A DNA stretch of 64,000 nucleotides from Octopus bimaculoides (GCF_001194135.2 NC_068984.1:77567873-77631872); one strand, 5' to 3'; shown: positions 1-12,707, counted from the stretch's first letter. A program made the numbers and translations. The notes: a model not told the origin generated them from the letters alone.

Positions 1-75
1 CGTTAGTAACGAATTGTTTTCGTAGTACCATTTAATACAAAATCGGCCTACTTTGCATCATTGGTAAACGTAAGT
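1..75 (+). promoter_or_regulatory. Candidate first (non-coding) exon end with 5' splice donor of the + strand gene
   Basis: Consensus donor AC|GTAAGT at 70-75 lies in a CpG-retaining stretch (1-~780), immediately upstream of ~31 kb of CpG-depleted sequence. No transcript evidence. Confidence 0.35.
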
Positions 76-154
76 GGATACATATGACCTTGTTCTCGTA
101 TCTCCGGAAGCCCACGACTTCTGGATTGGAATTCACGATTACCCTAATCGGGTA

Positions 155-185
<31 letters not shown>

Positions 186-210
186 CATAATTACGAAAAT
201 AGCTTTTGTT

Positions 211-707
211 GGTAATCTTCAAGTTTAGGGATGTAAAAAAAGTAAATATAAATTTACAAGGGAAATAACTTAACGTCTTGCTAGCATTATCCGTACTACT
301 CTGAAATGTTTTTTTTTTTTTAGCTGTTTATAAATCACACACGTTTTTTTGTTTTTTTGTCTAAAACAGCATGCGACGGAATTTTTTCTTATAAAAGTTT
401 AAAATGTTTTTTCCTTTTCCTTTTCCAAAACGGAAACGAAATGGTTTGCAGAGTGAGGGTCAGCATGCAGTTCTAGAAATTCACCTACTCAACATTATAA
501 ACTTCAGAAAATAAACGAATGTTTTTTTCTTTTGGGGTTGAATTCAGCCGGTACTTTGATATACAATCACGTGTGTGATTTATTTATAAACAGCTAAAAA
601 AAAAAAACACATTTCAGATTAGTACGGATAATACTAGCAAGACGTTAAGTTATTTCCTTTGTATATTTTTATTTCCTTTTTTTACATCCCTAAACTTGAA
701 GATTACC
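211..707. mobile_element. Non-autonomous foldback/MITE-like DNA element with ~135-bp terminal inverted repeats
   Basis: 211-343 (GGTAATCTTCAAGTTTAGGGATGTAAAAAA...TAAATCACACACG) is the near-perfect reverse complement of 570-707 (...TTTACATCCCTAAACTTGAAGATTACC). No clear TSD. Confidence 0.8.
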
Positions 708-1324
708 GTATTGGTATATATGTTTGATTTTACAATGGCAATTTAGCTTTATTTTGGTGAAATAAATCGAAAAATTGTTGACTTCCATTGTTTCTGAGTT
801 TTGTGTCCATTTCAGTCTTCCTGGCATTGTATCCTATCACAGCTTCATTTAACTTTTAACACAAAATATTCACTCTTCCCATACACTACATCTGCTTCTG
901 TCTTTGTCTCCCCCAATACTGTCTTGCAACCACTTGTCACCTTTATCCAATTTGCAGTTGTCATTACTTTTTCTTACCTCCTCTACTTATCCACTCAACA
1001 CTTGTTCATTCATTATATTCACTGCTTGACCTATTCTCCATATCTTTCTTTTCCAAACAGTCTTGAACCCTCAACTCATGTACACTTCCAGATCATCTGT
1101 CCCACTTAGTACACTGAGGTTTTCCACAGATGCCTCATAGCTACCATTTTTCTCTTTTCCTTTCTTTGCCTGGGTTACTCCACCCCACCCCTCTTCTAAA
1201 ATGTGAATAGTGTTATGGCCCCCACTACATCAACAAACTTGTTTTGCTCTGATCCCTTCTCTCATAATTTAGCCTCTCATTTCCTAGCATACAGTTACCT
1301 ATCTCAGGGGTCTGCAGTCTTGTA

Positions 1325-1542
1325 AGCATGGTGACCTCACAGGTGCTGATGGCAAGAAAAAAGCACCCAGTACATGCTGTAAAGTGATTGGTGTTTCTAT
1401 GGTATCAAGCCATAGAAATCATGCCAAAGTAGACTGGAGCATAATACAAACCTTGAACCCATTGGATCAGGTCAAACTATATCCAACCCATGCCAGCAAA
1501 GTTAAAAGCTGTTAAATGATAATACAATGTTGATGATGATTT
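1325..1542 (+). mobile_element. Degenerate RTE-tail repeat (family C, (GAT)n tail)
   Basis: AAAAAGCACCCAGTACA...CCAACCCATGCCAGCA...GTTAAATGAT...GATGATGAT; homologous to 17524-17706. Confidence 0.6.
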
Positions 1543-2429
1543 CATATATATATATGAGAGTATCAGATGAATCTACCTCACGGCAGGAGACACAAATGAG
1601 GGCAGCGACATCAAACTCCCTTATTGACCAAATACCACATATCAGAAGAGGCCCTCTATAATAAGTGTATAATAAGGTGCCCCAGCATGACCACAGCTTT
1701 GAGGTGAAACTGATAAAAAAAATGTGTGTGTGTGTACTGGCATGACTAGGGTTAGGAAGTTTGCTTTCAAACTATGTGGTTTGGGTAGAATACCAGTCAA
1801 CGATGGTTGCAATATAGCATTCTATACAATATGCCTGGGTTGACCAAGTAAAATTAGCAGAAAGAAACTGAAAAAGCATGTAATGTAATATATGTGTGTA
1901 TGAGTTCATATTTTATCTTATCCTTATGTGTATTTGCTGACTGTAAAGAATAGCCTGTGAATATAAGCAGTGTACATTGCAGCCAATTGTGAAAAACATG
2001 TCCAGACTTCTTGATGTGTTGTGCGATCTTTGTAAACAAAAGGATCATTCAAACATTGATTGTTTCCACTTCATTGTATATGCATGTCCCAGCAGTTGTT
2101 TGATAGATTAGGAGATTATTATCTTGCTTGGAAGTAGGTAAGGGTTGGAGACAAGGGGTATCCAGCTATAGAAAATTTGCCTCAGTAAATTCCATCTGAC
2201 CCATGCAAGTGTAGGAAAGTGAACGTTAAAATGATGATGGTGATTATGTTTGTGTTTCTGTTTTTCCGTACTATCATAAATATGTTACTGAGGCATTATT
2301 TTGCAGCTGGATGTCCTTACTGTCATTAACCCTTGCTTGCTTTCAAACAATGAATCTATTATTTATGTGTCTTTGAAAGCATAAAGAAAACAGATAATTT
2401 GTTGACAGCAGAGCTGATAATAAATTGCG

Positions 2430-2627
2430 ACTTTGTTAGTGTGATGTAAACATAAGCACAGACAACACACATACCTACAATAGTTGTCTTCCAGGTTCCA
2501 TCTACCAAGTCATTCACAAGGCTTAGGGCTATAGTAGAAAACATTTCAAGGTTCCCGGCAGTGGGACTGAATCCAAAACCACATTATTGGAAAACAAACT
2601 TCTTAACTACACAGCTATTCCTGCACC
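2430..2627 (-). mobile_element. Degenerate tRNA-derived SINE, family B
   Basis: GCTATAGTAGAAAACA...GCAGTGGGACTGAATCC...CACAGCTATTCCTGC aligns by eye to 5100-5206 and to the reverse complement of 62757-62900. Confidence 0.65.
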
Positions 2628-3140
2628 TGTATATCATCATCATTTTTACATCTGATTTCAATGCTTGTATGGGTTGAAATCCAGTAGATTGATGGACCAC
2701 ATATTGCTCTAGTGCCTCAGTTTTGACTTTGTTTCTATGGCTGGTTACCTTTTCCAATGTCAACCACTTAGGAGTGCTTTTTTTACATGGCACCACCACA
2801 AGTGATGTTGCCTTGTAACTTACAAGACTAGAGAACCTTCTTGACTGAGAAGGAAAAGAGGACATATGGTGTTAACTCTCTGTGGTGGGGTATTCTGAGT
2901 TTTAAGCATGTTGAGAGGGGCATGAACAGATTTATTTTTGTGAAGGAGAGTGTGATGATAAGTTTCTTATGGCTAGAAAGCTTTTAATTGCAGGTCATTT
3001 TGATGCAGGATTACAACAATGTTTGTCCAATTTTCTACTAAATACTGAAGAATATTATGACCTCATGATTGTCATGTGTTATACTTTATTCAATTCCATC
3101 TATGTTAGGCTATATTAAAGGTTTTGCTTCATAGAAAACA

Positions 3141-3239
3141 TAGAGAGGCTTTATCTGTAAGGCTTTATTAGAGAGGCTTTATCTGTAAGGCTTTATTAGA
3201 GAGGCTTTATCTGTAAGGCTTTATTAGAGAGGCTTTATT
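3141..3239. repeat. 28-bp minisatellite, ~3.5 perfect copies
   Basis: Unit TAGAGAGGCTTTATCTGTAAGGCTTTAT, with AGGCTTTAT occurring twice per unit. Confidence 0.9.
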
Positions 3240-4521
3240 ATTTGAAAAGATAAATGAAAAACTGAAGTTTGATAAGATGTAGTTATATTAAGATTGCTTT
3301 TGTAAAATTAGTACCCACTTCTAAAGACATAGCTCTTCAAACAGTTTTATAAAGCTACCACTTCTCATTATGAAGGCTTGATAATGCATGCAAAAGATAG
3401 GTAACTGGTAAGGGAGAAATTATTAACTCCCTTTCAGTTTTGAAACAATGAACTAAAACTTTTTTTTCAGTCCAAAGAAAGAAAAGTTTTTGTGAACATT
3501 CTAGCTTAGAAGTTTAGTGTGCTAACCTGGTTTATCTGGCAGGAACTTTTATGCTTTTCAACAAGGGCAAATTAGAAACACCACACAATGGATGAGCCTA
3601 TCTGTTGATTTCAGTGATTGAAGCACTCTTTGTAAAGCATTTTATTATGAAAATGAATGTATCTATGTTCTTGCTGTTCAAAAATTTTTCTCTACATCAT
3701 CAGAACAATCTTGTCACCACTGCAAATAGCCAGAAGGCTTATTAGAAGTCTATTATAAGTGACGGAAGCACCCTTGTTAAGTTGGATATACAGATTTCCT
3801 TTTGGTATTAGTACTGCTTCTATTGCTAATAATTAATTTTTAATAAGCCTGCTGACTATTTGTGACATTAGTGTTTGTAAAGATGTTGATATTCTAAACA
3901 TTGTAGCAGTGAAATTTAACTAGCATCAAAAACTGATGGGATTGAGGGAATAAGGTGTAAGCAGAGTGCATCTTTCTCCCTGGCCTGAATGTTTCTGACA
4001 TAACACAATCCTCTCATGGTGCCAAAGAGTGGAGTTAAGCCATGTGACAGATTTCAGTTCTCCATAGCAGGCTATGGCACAATCTGGACTTGGGCCTAAG
4101 GTGCCAGCATAAATACTGCCATGCATTTTGTTTAACATTTTAATGATTGCCAGTTCATCTTGACACACATGTGTGCGCATACATACACATACACACAGCA
4201 AGAAGTTTTCTCCACGACAAAATACAGTGAATGTCTTATGGATTTGAATATAACTCAAGCATATTTGAAATGGTAGCAAGTTTGTATTTATGAACATCAT
4301 TGCTTAGTGCTTTAATTCCATACTTTATTTACAGTAAACCAACAATTAGTGCAATCTGAAAAAGGCAATATTCATAATCCACATTAAAGGTTTGTGGAGC
4401 AGATGCATGATATGCTCAGAATATAAAACTTCTTGTGATCTATTTGAAAACTATCTTCATGAATTTGAAAGTAAAATCTCAGGAATGCATTTTCCACCAA
4501 AGTAAGTTCAATTATAAATAA

Positions 4522-4719
4522 TGGTTTCAAATTTTGGTATGAGGCCAGCAAGTTTGTGGGAGGTGGTAAGTCAATTACATCAACACTTATTTTATCAACC
4601 CTGAAAAGATGAAAAGTTAAGTTGACTACAGAGGAATTTGAACTTAGATCATAAAAACGGATGAAATGGTGCCAAGCATTTTCCCTGGTGTGCTAATGAT
4701 TCTGCCAGCTTGCTGCCTT
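4522..4719 (-). mobile_element. tRNA-derived SINE, family A, CpG-decayed copy
   Basis: Colinear with 41244-41459 and 60460-60672, but most CpGs are converted to TpG/CpA. Confidence 0.8.
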
Positions 4720-4829
4720 CAATTCAGTTCTGAATAATGATAAATATTATATTTCTTAACATGATTTTCTACAGTTTAGTAAGTTTGTCTAATAAAATGG
4801 ATTGTGACATGGTTGATGTTTATGAACAA

Positions 4830-5206
4830 CTCTTTTACTTGTTTCAGCCATTTGACTACAGCCATGCTGGAGCACCGCCTTTAGTCGAGCAAATCGACCC
4901 CAGGACTTATTCTTTGTAAGCCTAGTACTTATTCTATTGGTCTCTTTTTGCCGAACCACTAAGTTACGGGGATGTAAACACACCAGCATCAGTTGTCAAG
5001 CAATGGTGGGGGGACAAACACACATACATATATATATACATATATATGACGGGCTTCTTTCAGTTTCCATTTACCAAATTCACTCACAAGGCTTTGGTCG
5101 GCCCGAGGCTATAGTAGAAGACACTTGCCCAAGGTGCCACGCAGTGGGACTGAACCCGGAACCATGTGGTTGGTAAGCAAGCTACTTACCACACAGCCAC
5201 TCCTGC
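4830..5206 (-). mobile_element. Full-length tRNA-derived SINE, family B (central segment recalls the Deu/Nin domain)
   Basis: Reverse complement matches 62757-63150 end to end. Pol III A/B-box-like head GCAGGAGTGGCTGTGTGGTAAG...GGTTCAGTCCC; CTTGGGCAAGTGTCTT; AAAAGAG tail. Deu/Nin assignment is from memory. Confidence 0.85.
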
Positions 5207-5633
5207 ACAGGAATTTGTTTGCAGGAAAAACATGGGTATGAAAAGGAAGGAATTGTAATAGTGTGAGTGACTTCCTGCTAATCATTTGGATGTCATTGTG
5301 TTGAAGAAGCAAAAAGCATATCAAATGTTGGAGCAGTTTTCCACAAACTGAGCATTTTAAAGTCTAGAAGTAATAAGCACTACTTGTTTTCATTTTATTA
5401 CATCTTACATGGGCTTTGAGCTTAATCATTTCTTTCTGTGTACTTGAGATCTCATTTTCATACGATTAGTTTGTAAACACTTCTAGCTTTAAAATAATTT
5501 ATCTTTCAGCTTGGTGATTTTATTTTCAATTAAAAACATGTAATAATTTTTGAAAGAAAGTGAGTTTGTTAGTTTGTGGGAAAGCTAAACTTAAACATAG
5601 TTCTTTATTTTATATATTTTTGCATCCAGTAAC

Positions 5634-5840
5634 TTAACCCTTTCGTTAATATATTTCTAACAGAAATACACCCCTTAGGTGTTTCAATTATATTCTAAAA
5701 CAATAATGAATTTTCACTGGTTTCAAAACAATTTTAATTTTTTTATTTATCAACATATTAATCTGGTATTTGGAACCTGGTTTAACAAACTATTTTACAA
5801 TTTTTGTTTCAAAACTAATTTAATTACAGGTGAAGACAGG
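5634..5840 (+). mobile_element. piggyBac-type non-autonomous element end (TTAA|CCCTTT)
   Basis: TTAACCCTTTCGTTAATATATTTCT...ATACACCCC recurs at ~7007 and ~18326. Opposite TIR not found. Confidence 0.5.
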
Positions 5841-7006
5841 TATATTAAACAAAATATAAATATTAAAAAATTTTTTTAAACATCTGCATAGAAAATGAGT
5901 TATTAACTAGTCTTCAGTTGGGCAAACTACAGAATTTTATTTAGAAGTGTACATATAACTGGATTATCTATCAGTTGAACTTAATGCACATGGGACAGGT
6001 GTACCATAAAGGTAAAATTGGACAAAATACTGAAATTTATCTTTGAAGAAAATTAGAAAATGTAATACACAGAAACATAGTAAGGTCCACTATACAAATT
6101 AATCAAAATTAATTACACACCTTATAGGCAAATTAAAATTACAGATAAAAAAAAAGATAAAAACAAGGTAAATTTGAAAAAAGAAATATATAATTGAAAT
6201 TACATATGAAAATTATAAATAAAAAAAATCTAATGGTTTCGTTTTCTTGGAAAGATTGTGGCTAGATCTAGTCTCTTCCAAAAAACAACGAAGAGAAATA
6301 ATTTTCAAATTCTTACTACATTCAGGTACAAATTCTGTTTTTTCTATTGCTGTCAGAACTGTTGTCAGTTTTATTCATTTTTGGAAATCGAAATATCTGA
6401 TCCATAATCAAACATTTTTATGTTCACTATGTATTTTACAAAATTTTCCTATCTTTCAAAAATCCTTCAAATTCAAACTTGCTACTTCAGAGCATAAAAC
6501 AAGTATCTATTTCCTGTCCATTGTAAAAACAAAAATGTTTCAGACAATTAAAGTGGGAAAAAGAAATTGGGAAAAGATTTCCAAAATCTTGCAGTGTTCA
6601 ATTACCACATAAAATAATGGCAGACAGTAATAACTCAATTGTTTACCTAATGAAATTATGTTTTCACAAATTTACTGACAAGATTTGTGCTAACAAAAGT
6701 ATTAGCTGCTAAATAAATCTAAATTGAGCCAACAAGGAAAAATCTCTATGTGTTTGCAATGTTTCCTGTAACAAATAACTAAATTTCTTAATCACACTAC
6801 TGACTCAACCCCCCCCCCCAACAAAAAGGACACCTTGGGTAGTGAAGTCCTAGATATACTCACTGTGCTTGGAAAAGCAAAATGCTCATCACCTGAACAG
6901 TTTCAATCATGGCTTCATTCAGTCATTAACAACTTAATCCAAGAACGGACTTGTCTTCATGTTTCAATTGTGAAAATAATAAAGAATTTTAGAGTATCTG
7001 AACAAA

Positions 7007-7190
7007 TTAACCCTTTCGTTACTATATTTCTGACCAAAATACACCCCTCATGAGTTTCAATTAAATTATAAAATAATCATGAATTTAGACTAGTCTCATT
7101 AAATCCCTGTAACTTTTTTATTTATCAATGTGATATTTGAAACATAATTGAAGAAAGGGTTCTTAATCAATTCTATTGCATAATTTTTGT
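7007..7190 (+). mobile_element. piggyBac-type non-autonomous element end, second copy
   Basis: TTAACCCTTTCGTTACTATATTTCTGACCAAAATACACCCC; homologous to 5634-5840. Confidence 0.5.
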
Positions 7191-7429
7191 CTCAAAGTTC
7201 TCCATGTACTGGGGTAATGCTAGTGTCTCTCACATGTAAATATTAGTTTAGCTTCACAAATTGTACTCGCGTCATAATATTGGAAACATATTCATCGCCA
7301 AAAGGTTCCTGATTGCTCCAGTAATTTGTTATTCTGGGTAACTGTCTAATACCCATAATAATATTTATTAAGGAAGGATAGGAGAATTTTAGATTTATAA
7401 GCCCTAAAATTCACTCCATAATTGCCCAC

Positions 7430-7692
7430 GGGCATATGGTGTAGTGATTAAGAGCGCAGGCTACTAACCCCAAGATTCCGAGTTCAATTCCAAGCTGCGG
7501 CCTGAATAATAATAATAATAACATCGAAAGATACCTTAGGAATAAGAACCCAGGTTCGAAATTTCCCCAAGACACCTGATGAAGGCTGGAGGGTATATCA
7601 GCTGAAATGTGTTAACAACAAACAAGATGAGGACAAATATCCGTCAATTGTAAATAATGTACATAATTTCTCATCTCTTAAATATAGAACTG
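7430..7692 (+). mobile_element. tRNA-headed SINE (family E) with Penelope-like 3' part
   Basis: A-box-like TGGTGTAGTGA, anticodon-arm-like GG-CTACTAA-CC and B-box GAGTTCAATTCC, then (AAT)n, then a segment containing CCTGATGA...GAAA. Confidence 0.7.
7571..7613 (+). ncRNA. Degenerate minimal type I hammerhead ribozyme motif
   Basis: Stem I GACAC(7571-75)/GTGTT(7609-13); core CTGATGA 7576-82; stem II GGCTG/CAGCT; GAAA 7604-07. Stem III and cleavage triplet are reduced to a single T, so this copy is probably inactive. Confidence 0.55.
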
Positions 7693-7789
7693 TGCACATT
7701 GCCTGTTTTTGATTTTGTTGACTACACATTATAGTAGTGTCAGTTGGGCACTGCGAGAAAAACAGCACCATGACATTCACTCTGCCAGA

Positions 7790-8300
7790 AATTTGGAAAT
7801 GACATGTACTGCTTGGCATTTGCCCCAGAAGCTCCAATACGAACATTTCAGAGTGTTTGGTTGTCAATTTGAGGACATGTACCGAGAGTGATAAAAATCA
7901 AACACCTCATGGTCTTTGGAGTGATCTCTGGTGATGGCAACATTATGTCTCCATTCATCTTCCCACACTCACCTTCCCAGACTGCATCCCCCTTGATTAT
8001 TGCGTGGGGTGTAGTTGAGTGAGAGACTAGCAAAACTCTCTGAAACACTAAAGATGAACTGAAAGCAAGGATTATGGCAGCATTCACCAACTTAAACAAC
8101 GAGACTGTCCAGAAGAGTTGCAGTAGATTCAGAAATCGTCTGGAAGCTGGGGTTGAAGCCAATGGTAATTTTATTGAATAAATTGCTCTTCAATATTTCA
8201 AGATTTTTTTCTGTAATTTTGGTAAAATATATTTGTTAAAATGAGATGTCATTTTTCCATGTTTGCATAGTTTAGATAACAGTTTATTCACTGCACCCTG
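7790..8300 (+). mobile_element. Tc1/mariner DD37D (maT-type) transposase relic with 3' end
   Basis: Translates to ...MVFGVISGDGNIMSPFIFP...SPDCIPLDYxAWGVVExETSK...KDELKARIMAAFTNLNNETVQKSCSRFRNRLEAGVEANG; ends ...CACTGCACCCTG|TA. Confidence 0.8.
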
Positions 8301-8395
8301 TATCACTAGCACATAAAAACATGTATTATGTCTATTAAATACTATTTATCTCACTAGATGGAGTACTTCTTTTGTTGATCTTACCATCATGTTAT

Positions 8396-8433
<38 letters not shown>

Positions 8434-8445
8434 TATATACACATA

Positions 8446-8975
8446 CAGAGGTTGGACAAAATAATGGAAACGCCTTAAAATCTCAAACAAATTTATTTTA
8501 ATATGAGTAGGACTGCCTTTGGCAGTAATTACTGCTTGAATTCTACGAGGTATAGACTCGTACAAAATTTTAATTGTTTTCAAAGGAATTTTTGTCCACT
8601 CTTCAGCTAAAACAGTCCCTAGTTCTTGTAGTGATGATGGAGGATATCGACTCCTTACTTGTTTTTCTAAAATGCACCATAAATGTTCAATAATATTGAG
8701 ATTTGGGGACTGTGGTGGCCAGAATGTTCCTCGTGCCATTCAATAACAACTTTAGCAGTGTGAATTTGTGCATTATCATCCTGAAAGATTGTTTCCCCTC
8801 GGAAACAGTTCTGCACTATAGGATGAATTTGATCTAATAAAATGCTTAGTCTTGACTATTAATTCTGCCATGAAGGGAAACCATTGGGCCAGCGGATTTC
8901 CAAGATATAGCCCCCCCTCCGATCTTCACAAATGCTCCTCCATGTTTAACAGTTGGAAGAAGACATATTTGTAAG
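8446..8975 (-). mobile_element. Tc1 (DD34E-type) transposase relic with 3' terminus
   Basis: ORF 8392-8739 contains PPQSPNLNIIEHLW...IPRRIQAVITAKG; IFQDDNA lies upstream in another frame; terminus TA|CAGAGGTTGGACAAAATAATGGAAAC. Confidence 0.85.
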
Positions 8976-11900
8976 CCTTAAGGGTTTTAATTGTGTGTTA
9001 ATCTATGTATTGTGGTTTCTATTCAGGTTTGGCATTATACCTGGTGCACTAAAATTGTACATTCCAAAAACATGAAAACTAAGGTTTCTCTCAGAACAGA
9101 GAAGTATGGAAAACACTGGGCAAAATACTCTTGTGTTATGGCCTTTCTCATGATTTGGTATGAAATATTTCAGATTTTGTCCAGTAACATGTGTTCAGTG
9201 ATACACATGATCAGAAAAATAGAGATTTGTTGTTGGCAAGTTAATGGTAGTTTTTCAACTGCATTTTCAGTTGGAGGAAGTTATTGATAAAAATGAATGA
9301 AAGAAGCTCCCAGTGTTCGAGTGTGTGTGTGTGTGGGGGTACACAGTATAGGGCTGGCCTCAGTACTTTGGCACTAGCTCTCTTTTTTATTTGTTCATGT
9401 TTTTGTTTTTTTTGGCAAGGATTGGATTAGTCTAGTGTTAATTTGAATTGCACTTCAACAGTACATTTACATATGGTGTCAGATTACTGATCATCATGTA
9501 ATACATTAATTAAATGAAATAAAGATTAAGCAGCTTAACCAATATCAGTTATCCAAGCAATCAAGTCATATTCTCTCATGTTAAATGTTTCCTGGTGGTG
9601 ATGTTGTTATTGTCAAGAAGGGTAAAATAAATCATGGCAAAATTTCAAATATGGCATGTTACAGCATTTTGTCCAATAATCTACCAATTCTGCACTTCAC
9701 TGCTTTCTTAAAAGTTATAACTGAATTGACTATATTCCTTTCCAAAATATATGACCTGCAGCTGTAAGAATTCATCATTATCTAGCGTGTAAATTAACTG
9801 AAAATTTTCAGTTTCTCATTGTCTTCAAAGTGTACGATATCTCTCTCTTTCTCTCTTTCCCCTCTTCTTTTTTTCTTTTGCTGTTCACCTATGTGTGTGC
9901 ACACACATACATCTATAATGTAAAAAAATGTTTGTTATTAATAACTTCCCTTTCATCTTAGTATTCAAGAATTACTTAATATCTCCTTAGGTCAACTGGA
10001 TATCTCATTGCTTTGCAGCTTGCTACCTGTTTTTTTTCAAAACACACTGCTCCCAAAATTAAAGGGTTCTGATATTTGAGCAATATGTATATAGTGGACA
10101 TCTTTTACTTTCTATTTGGCAATATGAACTAGCTGGTTATATCTGTCATCAATCTAAGTTTTAGTGTTTTAGTTTAGTTGTCTATAAAGTTTGATTTCAG
10201 CCAGTATTAGTCCAGTATGAATCTGATTTAAAAGATTTGACCAAGTGGAACAAATAAGTCATAATTTGGGACTCTGTAGTCCACTTGAGTAGGGCACTTA
10301 TAACATTTGCACATACTGACCTTTACTGTGTAGAAACATTTTTCCATGTTGAGCTGTTTTTCTACATGGTCACTCAACTTGTTAGAAACAGCAGCAAAAT
10401 TTCCCCTCAAATCACATTCTACCAAAAGGAAGAACATTGGATAACAGTATTGGATACTTCTGACAAGGGTGGGTGGTCATAGCCTGAATCTCGTCTACTT
10501 AGCTAGCATTGACCTGGGCCTAAAGATATTTCCATCTTTCAGGATACAGCTTCCCTTTTTAGAATACACAATTGTTACATACAAACTGATTGTCTCTCAC
10601 TCCTCTCACAAAAAAAAAAAAAAAAGCGGTGGGGAGCTGGCAAATTTTCACTTGCAAACATCTTACTAAATCATGAACCAACCAGCACAACTATCCCTCG
10701 CTAACATATGTAATTGTAATTTCATTGACAGATTAAAGAAAATTATAGGAGAGAATATAAAATGGCAACATTGCCAGGTGTGTGTAATTCCACAAATTGA
10801 GTATCAATATAAAGCTTAGATAATTTTTGTTTTCTTAATTCAGATTGTGGCAATAAAAACATAACAAATGAAATTAGGGCATCAGTTTTTAACTAAGTTG
10901 TAGTGATGGTAATGAGTTAGATGAAAGCAGTAGGAAATATTACACAGTTAATGGTTTAAGGTGGAGTTGTCTGGAATGGTAGTGTTATGTGTGCACTGCA
11001 TGATGAAGAGAGTGATCTTATCAGAGTGAGCCAATACTACTGCTGCTGCTACTACTACTACTACTAATAATAATAATAATGCCAAAGGCAACACAAAACT
11101 GATTTGATGTGAAAATGGTTGATTTATGGATTTCATTGCTATTTGTGTGAGTTCTGTTTTGTGTTTGTCATTTGGTTTATGGCAGTAGAATGTTCCGAAT
11201 AAATGGTGGCGGAGAGGAAATATATATCTGAACTAACTTGTATGCTTGAAATATTGGAACCGTCTTCATCTTAGGCTACAGCACCACCATACACTTGTAT
11301 ACCCCCATCCCTTCAATGTTTCTTGCTTTGTTGTTGTAGTTAACATAAATATGCAGAATATATGGTTAGTGATATGAAGTGATAAAAGACACTAACATTC
11401 ACATAGATGGTGGAGATGTTTTATTGATTTACTTACACAGAAAAGATGGAAGGTTCTGGTCAGAATATTTGGCAGTTGTTTAAACATTTTGTTGTGCGTC
11501 TGTGTTTGCATAAACGTGTGTGTGTGAGAGGGAACGATAAATGATTTACTACTTTATTTGTTTGTTTGTGTTCCAGTAATAATGCTAGAGGAAAAGCTAG
11601 TCCTTCATATATCAAAGAATTACTATGTGGAACAAAAGACTTCAAAATAACAAAATAATTGTACCCAATTGGACAAATAAAAACTTTGTTTTACATGTAT
11701 ATGTGTGTGTGTGTGTTTATGGAGGAGTTTTGAAGTAAGGTGGTTTAGGCAGCTTTGATTCAGTCTAACTGAGTTGAATGGAAGTTGGAAATTTCATATA
11801 GATGGACAATTGGACATGTTTTTATATTTGCTGTTGATAATGCTTCCATATTTTTCTCTGCCAGTGTCTTCAAAAGCAACTGATGAATAGCTAAGATTAG

Positions 11901-12678
11901 ATGAAACCCACTGAATAAGTAGAGATAACAGTAGTTGTTGTTAAGCTAAGGACTATTAGTTTCACACTCAATATATCCAGAGGATATATGTTTTTATATT
12001 GTTACATGTGCATACTCACACATGTAAGCACAACACATTAGTGTATATCCAACAAACTGGCTCATGTGTAACTTTGTTATTCATTAAATCAATACAAATA
12101 ATTGTTAGTTGCCTGGTCATTCAAAAAACACCATGCAACACTTGTATGGAATCAATATGTTACTTTTGTAATTAATTGATAGTTAAACAGTATTAATGTT
12201 ATTGATAATGTTTATTGCAAATCTACAAATGAGAAATTTATCATTTAATTTTGACATATTTATTCCAAATTTATTACGAATAAGATATTTATTTTAATAT
12301 AGGAAATATATTTGCTGATCAGATGACTTGATCCAAGATGAATTGAAACTGAAGCAATTACGTCATGAAAGTGTCATTCTAATCATCTAATAACACACAA
12401 AACTTGTTAAATTCACTTTTAATTTGATGAAGTATCGAAATTTTTGTCATGTAACTGCAGCTGTTTGAAAGTTTGTTAATGGCCAGTTCTTATAGGCCTC
12501 AGTTTCTTTTATATTTTTGTTTTCGTTTTCCTTCAAATATAGATTTATTGATTGACTTTGACCTCATGACATCAGTCATTGGTGAGTTATAATTAGTCAC
12601 ATTCCAGTTCATTTCTTTTGGTCATCATTTCTTCTCTCTTTTTGTCTTTTTCTTCTTGTCTTTCTCTTCTTGTTTTAG

Positions 12679-12707
12679 AATTTATGTCTACTACTTCATC
12701 ATATGAG
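12679..12707 (+). other. Candidate 29-nt microexon of the + strand gene
   Basis: ~60-nt almost pure pyrimidine tract ending TTTTAG, exon AATTTATGTCTACTACTTCATCATATGAG, donor GTATAT. Confidence 0.4.

Noticed and set aside
7430-7500. tRNA-like heads here and at 22825, 52320-52388, 62757 and in family A copies
   Set aside because: No complete cloverleaf or acceptor stem; each continues into a SINE body, so they are not tRNA genes.
9027-9290. Possible internal coding exons of the + gene (e.g. 9094-9156 NREVWKTLGKILLCYGLSHDL; also 10201, 10845, 20206, 24856)
   Set aside because: Weak splice sites, in-frame stops or phase incompatibility with the 25347 acceptor; no recognisable domain.
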